A DNA stretch of 64,000 bases, taken from the NCBI GenBank assembly GCA_030770535.1, contig JASVEC010000014.1, positions 682,001 through 746,000 of the forward strand. Direction: 5' to 3'. The number at the start of each line of letters is the position of its first letter. The stretch's first letter is position 1. The position numbers were made by a program, and so were the translations under genes. Below are positions 1 through 11,313 of this stretch, in pieces. The DNA is from Batkoa obscura (lineage: Eukaryota). Below the pieces are notes generated by a model. The model was not told the DNA's origin. It did no database searches and saw only the letters and a program-made list of their open reading frames with translations.

Positions 1-97
1 CTGGTTTAATTTAATTATATTATAATTTTTAATTATGTATAACAAATAAATTTTAATGAATAATGTTTTAGTTTAATTTTTATTATAATTAATGTAT

Positions 98-175
98 ATT
101 TTATTTTTATTTTTATTTTTATTTTTATTTTTATTTTTATTTTTATTTTTTTTTCACTTTTTTATTTTTATTTTA
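98..175. repeat. (TTTTTA)n low-complexity tract
   Basis: Repeated TTTTTA units; explains the spurious FLFLFL ORF 92..289. Confidence 0.85.
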
Positions 176-663
176 TATATTAGGATATTTAAATACAAAA
201 TTCAGATTTTTCAAAAGTTTAAAAAAAGTTGTCCTAAATTATTTTGCTTCAATTTTAATAATTTAATAGTTTTATTATTACTAGTATAAAAATTAAAATT
301 AGTAAAAAACAGACTATTTTAAACTATATTTTTTAACATTATTATTTTTCATTAAAATCATACTGCTTTGAAAATATTTATAAAAACTTTAAGTATTTTG
401 CATTTATATTATTTAAAAAACAGCCTATATTTTAAGTTTTTGAATTATTTAATATATAGATATATAAATATAAATATGAATATAAATATAAATATATTTT
501 AAATTTTAAGTAATTATTAAAATATTATTAGAAACAATAATAGGCAATAATAAGTGTAATAATAAGATAAAAAACTATTTATAAAAACAACAGTTTGGAA
601 ATATCAGATTAAATGATTAAAACAAAAATTAAGCATATTTGTTAAAAAATTTAAAAAAGCAAT

Positions 664-763
664 TGGGGATGTATTTTTGTGTTTAATAATTTTACTAACA
701 AATTTTCTACTCAAATAGCACTTAAAAGTAGAAAAAATAATGAAGTCAAAAAAAACACTCTCA
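664..763 (+). mobile_element. ~100-bp MITE family A copy
   Basis: TGGGGATGTA start, core CTCAAATAGCACTTAAAA, ACACTCTCA end. Confidence 0.85.
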
Positions 764-1358
764 ATTGATAAATAGTTTATTTTTTTATAAAAAAATAGAA
801 ACTTTTTTAAAGCAGTTTATAATAATAAATTTTAGTTAATTTGAAATTAATTACTTGACTATCTATTTAAAAAGATATTAACAATAGTTTAAATAATCCA
901 GTTTATTTATCATGTTTTTTGATAATTAATACTTATCTTAATAAAATAAGATTTTTATTTAATGATTATCAAAAAACATTAACTAATAAGTTTTAACTTA
1001 ATTTATATCAATTGAAATATAAAACTTTATAAGTCAATATTAACATTGGGAAAAATTTGAAACTTTCAATGAAATTCATAAAATTAAAAGTTTTTATTTA
1101 ATTTTAAGCTTTTCAAGTTTAATTAATTATACATTAAGGACTTAAATTTAAAATTTGTATTAATTTTTAATTAAATTCTGAAACCAACTTGGACATTCCC
1201 ACTTATTGTTATTATTTCTAGTTTAGTAATTTTAAAATTTAGATTACAAGAATCAAACGATTTAATAAAGTTATTAGTTTGGATATGGAAATGCAGTATA
1301 TTATAATTTATATATTAACATAGTAGATATTCTGAGTATGATATTTATAAAAATTTTA

Positions 1359-1439
1359 TTTAAGAATTTACTAACAATCTTTTCACTCAAATAGCGCTTA
1401 AAAGATAGAAAAGTGATGAAACTAAAAAAAACACTCTCA
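1359..1439 (+). mobile_element. MITE family A copy, left end degraded
   Basis: Core CTCAAATAGCGCTTAAAAGATAGAAAAGTGATGAAAC. Confidence 0.85.
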
Positions 1440-1445
1440 TATATA

Positions 1446-1544
1446 TAAGAACCTTTTTTTTGGTTTCATCACTTTTCTATCTTTTAAGCGCTATTTGAGT
1501 GAAAAGATTGTTAGTAAATTCTTAAATCAAAAAGTACATCCCCA
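1446..1544 (-). mobile_element. MITE family A copy, inverted next to the previous copy
   Basis: Reverse-complement core, ends ACATCCCCA|TA. Confidence 0.85.
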
Positions 1545-3272
1545 TATACTATCGTATGAGTTTTACCATAAAATTATATAATTTTGAGCAAATATAACAC
1601 AGTAAGGGCAGATTGGGATAGTCCATAATTGTCACTGTAATTTTTTTGTTTTTAACCAAAAAGTATATTACTGTTTCAACTAATAACGTATTTTTAAAAC
1701 TAAAATTAAATAAATTTATAACAAGATCTATATGAGGGATAACAGTGAGTTTATTTTCGAAAAATAATAGAGAAGGGAGGTTAATTAAAAGGTCATCGTA
1801 TATAATTTAGTTATTGCTACAAATCCGAGAGCTAAAAAATATTTGATAATAACCTTATAATATTTAAAAAAAGAATAGAATTTAGTTTTACATTTTAAAG
1901 CATTAAGGTTTCATGGTATCATTTATTAATTTAAAAATAAATTATTCTTACACTGTTTGTTAGACTATTTAAGCTATATTTTCGAAATAAAATTATCAAA
2001 AATCGTTGTAATATCACATAACATTAAACCTAGTATATTTTGTAATGTTATTATTGATTTTGATCTCATTATTGATTTTGTAAAAAGTTCAAAGAGAATT
2101 GTAAGGTTTATATCCAAAAAAAATTCTAAATGGATTATGCCATATTAATTAAATGGATTCATATATCATTTTAATATAATTAGTTAAGCCATTATTTAAA
2201 GGAACAACCTCCTTGTTTTAAATATAGTAAAGATTATTAATCTAATTAAAACGATGAGCTAAATTTTGTAATTTTTGAAAATAAACTTTGATAAAAGGTA
2301 TTTGATTGGTTTATTTGTAAAAAAATCTCTAATTTTTTGCATGTTGTTCTTTAAACCAAGGCTTTATGAAATAATTTATAAGAATTTGAGTAATAGGAAA
2401 CATGATTTTAAAATTGAATCATTATTCTTATCATTAAAGCTTCAATAATTATAAACATCTTTCGTTATATTATTTTATGTAAAAAAATTAGCTTACTAAT
2501 CTCTTTTTAACTACGGATACTAACTTCTTTTTTATAGATTAGTACTAGGGTCTTAAGATCGTCAAAATTGAACCTAAAAATACTTCAAGCTAGAAACTGA
2601 AAATAGATTTAATTTATTTTTAAGCCTTGTTAAATTTAAGTCATTCAAATAATTCATTCACTTATCGTAAATTTTAAGTTTAATTTATGCAGTTTTTTAT
2701 GGGGTTAATTAGTTTTTTACCTTGTAATTATTAAAATAATATTTCCTAAAATATCTTAATTGACGTTTTATTTTCGTAGAAAAATGGCTTTAAGATATCC
2801 ACGGTTATTAATTTTGCAGTTTAGAATTAGAATGTTTCAATTCGACTTTACATCACCGAAAATAATTATAGTAATATTCAGAACTATTTGGCTTAAACTT
2901 TACATAACTATCTCTAAACTAATTACTAATTACGTATTTATACTCATGGCTTATAAATCAATTCAATCAAAGTTCCTTTAACCAAAGGTGACCTAAACTT
3001 TAAATGATTTCATTTATAATTAATGGGCATCTTAGTAATTGAGTTAAGTAAATTGCCTAAAATAATAATAAATCAACGTTTATTTTCTATAATTATTTAT
3101 AAGTTAAATTAAATTTATAGTAAATTACCTAATGCTTTTTTCTAGATTTCATGAAATCACCTTGCTAAAGCTTTTCAAAGAGGATATAAATAGGAGTGAA
3201 AAATAAGAAAAAATAAATAATCAATTTAATCTTATATCCTACAAAAATATTACTCTAACATCAAAAATCAAT

Positions 3273-3725
3273 ATGCCAACAAACAAGTCATTGGGTTTAA
3301 TAGCTGCTTTAGCACTCGCAAGTCATGCTCCGGGATTAAAGAAAAAGGAAGAAAACAAAAGAAGAATAGTTACTTCACCAGAAAGGTGCTCAATGGAAAG
3401 CGAGGAACTATCATCAACACCATCTGAAAGTGTCAAAAGTGCCAATACCTCTTGTGATACTATATCCGATGATGAAGGTCCAATCGATAAATTAGATGCT
3501 ATATTGAATGATCCTATCTTTAATCAAGCAGTTAAACAAGTCAAAAATACATTGAATAACAACTCTCATAACTCAAATCGCAATGCATCAATGTTATGCA
3601 TGAATGATCCTCAAGTCAAACAAGCTATATTACAAGCTCGTTTAGCAATGAGAAATCCAGAGATTCAAGAATTAGCTAGAAAAAATACGCTGGACGCAAG
3701 TACCAGAACATCATTGTACAGATAA
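3273..3725 (+). CDS. Hypothetical 150-aa protein with C-terminal STI1/DP-like repeats
   Basis: Intronless ATG ORF, GC above background, TATAAAA about 90 bp upstream; LNDPIFNQ, MNDPQVKQ, MRNPEIQE motifs. Confidence 0.6.
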   Translation: MPTNKSLGLIAALALASHAPGLKKKEENKRRIVTSPERCSMESEELSSTPSESVKSANTSCDTISDDEGPIDKLDAILNDPIFNQAVKQVKNTLNNNSHNSNRNASMLCMNDPQVKQAILQARLAMRNPEIQELARKNTLDASTRTSLYR

Positions 3726-5497
3726 TTATTTATAGATTCTTATTACTTGTAAATCTAAGCGTATTTAATCTTTAAAAAAGCCATTTTATGAGGTTGTTTG
3801 TAATTAGTTCTAACCATTTCTATTTAAAATAAATTTAATAACTTTTATTCTTTATTTTCGATTTTTTCGATGTACCAATGATCATTATAAAATATATTAC
3901 TTTGACGTTACCCCTTTAGCTTTGGGTTTATAACAGAATTTTTTACATGAAACTGAGTCAATTGATTATATCATCGATTGTAATTAAATTTTATCCTAAA
4001 CCACATTACATTTAACCTGGGTTTTTAACTTTAATGTACAATCCTCATTTTATATAAGTTGAATATATTTTAAATGATTCTGAATAAAACTGCCGATTTA
4101 TCCGTATTTAATAATGTTTGAAAATTTAACAAGAGACAATAAAGTACGCACATGACGTTTTCTAATAAATAGAAAATTGACATTTTGTACTTTGAATATA
4201 ATTGTTAAATGTAATACTAGTATATCTCAATATCCTCCTTTTATGATATGGGACGTAGTCACACTTTCAAGTCTTACACTCCTTACTAGATTCATAATAT
4301 GATCTAATGCCATATCAAACACCAATTTTAAAATTAGTTTATAAAAGCGAATCTTTATTTCTCAAATCAACTTTGATCATTTTTAGATCATTTAATATTA
4401 CTAAATTTCAAACAAAATATAAAAAAACAATTTAGAAGCTTAACTGTTCCCCCTCAACTTTACTATTCTATTTTTAAAAAGCTTGGAATTACCACGCACC
4501 TCAAATGTTTTGTTAAATACTAAACTGCTATTTATTGGAAAAAGATGAAAGTCTCAATACCCTGAAATAAAATTCAATACTTGGTTAGCATGATATTTGG
4601 ATGTTGATTTTTGTAATATAAAGCATTCTATTTATAATACTGAATCAAAAGTGACTAAAAAAAGATAGAAGCAATTAGTAAATCTTAGAGTTGTTATTTA
4701 ATGTGGTAAATTATTCATCTAGAGTTGTTAGTTCTTTTAATTAAAAATAAAGGACAGAAGGTTTGGAAATAATAATGACTTAATAGCAAACATATGATAT
4801 CGTTAAACTTACAACATAAATTTTAAATTCGCCACTGGCTCTTTGATTGAATAAATTGGTCTAGAAAAAAGCAATTATATTATTAATACATACTGATTTT
4901 CCCGTATTTAATAATATTATTGGTCTTATAAGTTAATGTTTAAATATATCATGATATCAAAAGTTTCCCATACTTACGTTTAAATTTGTAGTTAAATGAA
5001 ATCAGAAAGTAAATTGAAATAATCATATTTTAATATATCATTCAAGCTTCTATTTATATTTGAGTCAATAATATTAAACTTTCCGTTGTTTTTTATTAAC
5101 TAGTATTTGTAAATTATTATCGTATTATCAAACCATTATTTGAAAGCATGTACTTTAATATCTTATAAAGTAATATATATTAATAATAGCATTACTTCAG
5201 AGTATATATAGTAAATAGGACAAAACAAAGTTAAAAAAGTAAAATACATTTTATCTTAAAAAACAATTATTCACTTATTTCATTATGCTTAATTATAGTA
5301 AAATAATCCTGTATAATTTATTTAATAAATCAAAAAACTAATTCAGTAATAATATTTTAATAATATTTATATTTTAATTAAAAGTGATTAATGAAATGAT
5401 ATATAAACATAGCTTACAAAAATAAAAATAACAAAAATAAAAATTGAAGTACAAAAGTAAATAAAACAAGTTGTAATAAAACTTAAGAAACTTTTAG

Positions 5498-6154
5498 ATA
5501 TCATCGATCTTTACTTTCCAAAACAAGAGAAATATAAAGTTGGTTTTATCATCTATGAGCACTTTACTATGTTGGATTTAGTAGGCCCAGCTGAAATTAT
5601 AGGTGATCATCCAGATGTATTTGAGACTGTCACTATTGGTTTAGATGGCGATAGTTTGGTAAACTCATGGGATAATAGTTTGATTTATCATACAAAGCTA
5701 AGTAAAAGAAGCTAAGAAGCAACAGTTTGATCTAATAGTAACACCAGGAGGTGTAGAAGGAACTAATGCAATGATCGATAATAAAGAATTTATTCAAGAT
5801 TTCACTGAATTATATAACAACACCAAAGTAGTATTTACAGTTTGTACTGGTGCTTTAATTTTAGCCAAAACTGGATTATTAAATGGGTTTAAAGCAACTA
5901 CTAATAAACAGGTGTTTTTCAAGAAAACTCCAGATTATCTTAAAGTAGATTAGGTCTATCATGCACGTTGAGTTCATCGTAAAAAGTATATTACTTCAAG
6001 TGGTATTACTGCTGGTATGGATGCTGCACTTTATATTCTTACTTTAGTTAAAGGCAAAAAAGAAGCAGAAGAATTTGCTAATGTGTTGGAATATGTTGCT
6101 AATTTTGATCCAGATAAAGACCCTTTTGCTAAAAACTGCAATCAATCAAAATAA
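5498..6154 (+). pseudogene. DJ-1/PfpI (ThiJ/InhA-like) family pseudogene
   Basis: KVGFIIYEHFTMLDLVGPAE...FDLIVTPGG...VCTGALILAKTGLLNGFKATTN...TSSGITAGMDAAL...DPDKDPFA; +1 frameshift near 5704-5707, stops at 5951 and 5969, no clear ATG. Confidence 0.88.
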
Positions 6155-6247
6155 AATAGTAAATGAAATATCTATCAAAAAATTAATTAAAAAGTTAAAA
6201 TACACTTGAAAAAACTATTTACTTACATACAATAATTGCATCTTTAT

Positions 6248-7440
6248 TTAATCTTTTAAGCAAATTTTATTCGCTTTGAGTTGAATGTAGATGTTACAAG
6301 CTTGAAATACTAAGTTATCTTGATGCATCAATACAGTAGAATTGATAACGTTATTTACTACTTCATATGGGAATGTATTTCTGTGTTTAAGAATTTTACT
6401 AATAATTTTTCCACTCAAATAGCGCTTAAAAGATGGAAAAGTAATGAAGCCAAAACCTCCCCCCCATATTTTAACAATCTCGCTCCATACTTTATATTGT
6501 AACCCTTATTCAAGTAATTCATTACCTTTTTGTTCCAATTAAATGGAATATTATTGTTATCCATTACCTAAAGCAATTTAAGCTATTAAATAAAATATTA
6601 AATAAAATATACAAAATACAGTCTTTGACCTTTTTAATAAAATAAAATTTATATTCTTATTTATTTTCTAAATCTTTTCGTTCTTTTCATAGTTTTATAG
6701 CTTCTTTGACAACCTCCTACTGGGCCAAGTTACTTGTGATAACAAATATTGTGTCTTTACAGTCAATCATTTTATCCTAAAACAAACATCAGATAACAAA
6801 TCAAGGTTTGTGTAATCTATAGTTACCTTTCAATTAGTGACTCTTCCTTCGTCAAACAAGTGTAATAAAGTAGTTAAGTTTCACTATGAGCTTTTTCGAT
6901 TTCACCCAAGATAATGATGGCATTCAAAACTAAAACAGATGCTAATAACAAACAATTGATAATTAAAACAGCCTTAACTATTCTTCAGTTTCTCACAAAA
7001 TAAACTCCTATTGTCATAACCAACATTAACCCAGGGGGGCTCCAATAAATCTAGAATTTTCGTGTTTACTTTGATATTCAGACATATCTACTCAAGTCCA
7101 TATTCACCACCATGGATGTAATAAGTTAATTTTTTTGCCAATCCAGTTTTTTCTATTAAAATATCGAATATTTTAAAGTTGTTTTTTTATACTGTACATA
7201 TGATACACTATTCACGCCTAAAGGCACAAGAAATAAAAACACCAAGGATCTTTCTGGACCTTGCCATCCTTACTGTTGGTTAGTTAATTCAGTGCTTGTT
7301 ATATTATACATTATATAAATACCATTTTGTTCTAATTGTAGCAGATCCAATCATATCAATTACCGCCTTTTGACCAATAATCTTATCTTTAATATAAGAT
7401 TTAAAAGATTTTTCTAGTTTCAGCCAATGAATAGTCCTGT
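6248..7440 (-). pseudogene. CLPB: Skd3/CLPB-type Clp/Hsp100 AAA+ ATPase pseudogene (intron-containing, MITE-interrupted)
   Basis: Minus-strand blocks in order: IKDKIIGQKAVIDMIGSA, GWQGPERSLVFLFL, EKTGLAK, DMSEYQSKHENSRFIGAPPG, IEKAH, LFDEGRVT, IDCKDTIFVITSNLA, GYNIKYGARLLK|YEVVNNVIN; several stops and frameshifts. Confidence 0.85.
6368..6466 (+). mobile_element. MITE family A copy inserted in CLPB pseudogene
   Basis: TA(6366-67)|TGGGAATGT...CCCCCA|TA(6467-68); removal restores the frame. Confidence 0.92.
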
Positions 7441-7443
7441 ATA

Positions 7444-7541
7444 CCAGGATGTTTTTTTGATTCCATTACTTTTCCATCTTTTAAGTGCTATTTGAGTGGA
7501 AAAATTCTTAATAAATTCTTAAACAAAAAAATACATCCTCA
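7444..7541 (-). mobile_element. MITE family A copy
   Basis: TTTTAAGTGCTATTTGAGTGG core, TA on both sides. Confidence 0.85.
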
Positions 7542-7753
7542 TATCAATAATTTACTTTCGGAGTATACAGATTCCATTTTATAATAATAATATATAATAT
7601 GAAATAGAGATAAAATGAATTTCATTATCTATTTGTACTTTTTTAGTTTTACTTTAACGTATTAAACTCTATAAAATTACTGAAGAAAGTTTAATATAAA
7701 AAGCTTAATCTATTGGAAAAATGAAATTGAAGGTTTAATATAATAAAATAAGA

Positions 7754-7791
7754 AATAGTTTATCAACAATACTCAATGTTGATAAACTATT
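7754..7791. repeat. Perfect 15-bp inverted repeat (hairpin)
   Basis: AATAGTTTATCAACA-8nt-TGTTGATAAACTATT. Confidence 0.8.
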
Positions 7792-7916
7792 ATCAAATGT
7801 TGAGTCCTGGTCCTAAGTTTGACTCAATAATAGTCATTAAATTCAAAACATCATTATTTACCTAACAGAAAACTTACATTAATATTTTGATTTTAAGTCA
7901 TCTTTAAAAAATTAAA

Positions 7917-8017
7917 TGGGAGTGTTTTTTTTGGCTTCATTACTTTTTCCGTCTTTTAAGTACTATTTGAGTAGAAAGATTGTCAGTAAAATTCTTAAAC
8001 ACAAAAATACATCCCCA
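7917..8017 (-). mobile_element. MITE family A copy
   Basis: TGGGAGTGTT...ATACATCCCCA. Confidence 0.85.
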
Positions 8018-8058
8018 AATACTATTTAAAAAGTTTCAACTTCAATTCAAAATAGAAG

Positions 8059-8129
8059 TGCAATGTCCGGGAATCGAACCCGGGGCTGCCGCGTGGCAGG
8101 CGGCAATTTTACCACTAAACCAACATTGC
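8059..8129 (-). tRNA. tRNA-Gly(GCC)
   Basis: GCAATGTTGGTTTAGTGGTAAAATTGCCGC-CTGCCAC-GCGGCAGCCCCGGGTTCGATTCCCGGACATTGCA; 71-nt cloverleaf. Confidence 0.96.
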
Positions 8130-8701
8130 TTAATTTAAACATCAGAAAGTATATTATAAAATTTGAAAATTTAACTAAAGACAGACTTACCATCGTGCTA
8201 GAAAGCGATGGTGATATAAATGAACAAATTCTTTAGCGGAGTTTTTATAAAAGACAATAAGAGGTACAAGTAGTTAAAACTAAATATATTTTTTAAAATT
8301 ATTTTAGATTGAGCGGTAGTCAGTTTTTGCTTTCAAGCTGTATCAATTCGAATGGATTTAAGAAAAGCTTAAAGTTAATTTTATTTAATCAAGCTAAATG
8401 AGTTTGAGTTAAAAAGCCCAATAAAAACTAGATGTGTTTTATAGTTTAGTATATAATTGTTTTATATTAAAAACATGTGTATTGTATTGAATCAGCTTGA
8501 TATTTATATTTATATTTATATTTATATTAAGTGTATAACGCTTTTTTAAGTATTTATTTCAGTTCTAAACATTTTTAAATAAAATTCAAGCTTTATTTTA
8601 TTTATTAATGGAAATTAGCTTTAAACATGAACTCAATTTTGATTACTTTACCATTAAACTCTAGTGCTTAAAGTTAGAAAAATTAGCCAAACATTGAAAA
8701 T

Positions 8702-8716
8702 TCAACTGATTGGTTT
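8702..8716. promoter_or_regulatory. CCAAT box (AACCAATCAG on minus strand) upstream of sorting nexin
   Basis: TCAACTGATTGGTTT about 90 bp before the ATG; identical 15-mer at 58305. Confidence 0.5.
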
Positions 8717-8802
8717 AAAAAAAAAGGAGTATGTAAAGCAAGCGTAAGTGGCACAAGTGAAAAAAAAGAGAACTATTTTTTTTAATTATAAAAAAAGCAA
8801 AG

Positions 8803-10724
8803 ATGAGTACCATTGATCAATGTTGTATTTACCTCAATATATTAGAACAATGTGAAATGATTCGCATTATTGATAGTGAAAAAGTACATGAAAACCATTC
8901 TTCTTATATCGTTTATATCATTCAATTTTTAGTAAGTTTTACAATTGATTTTTTAGCTATTGGGTAGATTTAACTATATTGATAGGATCGTCAAGTTCGT
9001 AGAAGATACTCTGAGTTCGAATCTTTTCAGTTACATTTATCCAAGTTACATCCCGAGATTTTAATTCCTCCGATCCCTAATAAGCACACTTTAGGTAATC
9101 AATGTGTTTAATTAGTTTATTAGGTATTAACAAAATAACTCAGCCCAATATGCTACCAAACAAAATCGAGCTAAAGATGATGTGATGATGATTGAAAAGC
9201 GTAAACGTATGTTACAAAGCTTTTTAAATCGATTACTCAGTCATCCTTTTTTGGTGAAAGAACACTTGTTTCATCGATTTTTAGATAAAGACTCTAACTG
9301 GGTAAGATAACTATTTTTTTACATACAAAAGCTCAAAAACTAGAATAAAACTTATATTAATGCAACAATTATATAGAATGAAGTAGTTAATACACCAATA
9401 ATACCACATTCCAATCGAAGTTCAATAAACATTCAGGTAAATGGGGAGACTATTGAGAATACCAATAACATCAATAATACTAAAATAGCAAGTGTTAAAT
9501 CTAATGGAGAATCCCATTTTTCAAATGCAGAGAATTTTACTTTACAAGTACAAAGCGTTTTAACTAATCAATTATTTAAAGCTGAAAAAGGATTAAATAG
9601 AAAACTTAGTGGTAAATTAGTTATTGATAATTATAAACAATTTATTGATGATTTTAATTAGAATGCTCCAAAGAGTTATCAGAGTTGGGGGCTTTATATA
9701 ATGGATTTAGTTTAACAGAAAATGAAAAGATAGGCCAAGCTTTAGAAAAAGTGGGTCAAGCAGTGGATATAAGTTATATGTCTATGGTAGAATTATTTCA
9801 ATTAATGGATATTAAAGTATCAGAACCATTAGAAGAATATATTAAATATAGTGAAACATGCCATAAAGTATTAAAGTACAGACAAAGTAAACAGAAAGAG
9901 TTGGAGAAATTAACACAAATATTAAGTAAAAAGAAGCAATTAATCCGACAATTACAAGATGGTGAATTAGAAAGTAAACGTTTAGAAGCAGCTTTACAAA
10001 GGGAAATTGAAGCTAGAGATCCTTACTCAGATGATGACTCAATTTATAATGAAGATGAGCTAAAAAATCATCCTAATTTGCCAATTAAAAATAGGTCTAG
10101 ATCAAATTCTTATCTTTCAAATCATTCACTTAATATTAATAATATTAATAATAATTCCAATAATCAGAACATTAATCCAGTTATTCCTGAAAATAGTGTA
10201 GTTGATAATAATACTGATGAAACTAATAATAATAGTAATCGTAATAGTGGTATAATAGACGAGAATACAACTAAAGCTCCTAGTGCAAATGGAGGAGCTA
10301 ATATATTAAATTTATTAAGTTATACATTCCATGGGCTAATTGATGTAGATCCGGAAGCTAGTAGAAGAAATAGTATAAGTAAAAATAAAGAGCAAATATT
10401 AGTATTAGAAGAACAAATTAACAAAAACACAATGGAATTAGCAGAACTTGATAATAATTTACAAAATGATCTTAACCGATTTCAATATCAAAAAATGGTG
10501 GATTTCCATACTGTAATGTTAGATTTAGCTAACATTCATGTAAATTGGTGTAAGGATGTAAGTTATTATATTAATAAATATATGTACTATTGAATATTAA
10601 ATATTAATTTAAATTATTATTATTATAGAATTTAGATGCATGGCAAGAAGCTCATGATAAAGCAATAGAAATCCCAGGGAATAGGAAAGTTATTATGTAT
10701 AATTGTATTGAACCAAAGGAATAA
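8803..10724 (+). CDS. SNX41: PX-BAR sorting nexin, SNX41/Atg20-like (multi-exon)
   Basis: PX motifs SYIVYII, VRRRYSEF, IPPIPNKH, IEKRKRMLQSFLNR; BAR region with HGLIDVDPEASRRNSISK; about 5 GT-AG introns; last exon NLDAWQEA. Confidence 0.88.
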
Positions 10725-11313
10725 GCTATTATTTTTTAATTATTCTATCCAATGTTATTATTTTTAATTACTAAATTTATGTTTTAACATGATTTTCTTT
10801 TAAATTTTGATTTTTTTACTGTTATTATATTCAAGCGGTAATATATCGATATTTGAAATATATATTTGGTTTAAAATTTTATTTAATATTTTATTGATCA
10901 TAGTTTTTATTAAGCCAAAGAATTAAAATTGATTTACGAAATATTAGTAAACAAATGACTTTATTTTAATATCATTTAGTTTATTAAAGTATTTTTAAAC
11001 CCTTTCTGGTTAAGAAATACTTATTATGTATAGTCTGCTTAGCTTAATTATCTATAAGTATAAGATTCATATATTCAGTGCAATATTTCAGAAACAAGTT
11101 TCTATGAAATGAATTAGAATAAAAATTAATTTTAAACATATTTTTATTAAACAAATAAATTAGAAATTTAATAAAAGGACTTAAACCTTGATAATATAAC
11201 TATAATATATATTAATAACTAAAATAGAATATTAAATAAATTCAAAGATAAGTATCTAGAAGTTAAACTATATTTGTAATATATATTCAAATAATAGAGT
11301 TAAAATATTATAA

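Noticed and set aside
92..289. ORF MYILFLFLFLF...
   Set aside because: Translation of a (TTTTTA)n tract.
3870..4620. Possible degraded coding sequence on the minus strand
   Set aside because: Manual translation gave no motif I could recognise.
5951..5971. Alternative genetic code (TGA/TAG = Trp)
   Set aside because: Intact genes use TGG for Trp and end in TGA (40668-40670) or TAG (55041-55043); internal stops occur only in frameshifted relics.
6320..6502. ORFs 6320..6502, 34493..34702, 50970..51197 and the start of 52164..52481
   Set aside because: They read through MITE copies or run antisense to the CLPB relic.
8190..8213. Small hairpin ACCATCG...CGATGGT upstream of tRNA-Gly
   Set aside because: 7-bp stem only; no RNA family features.
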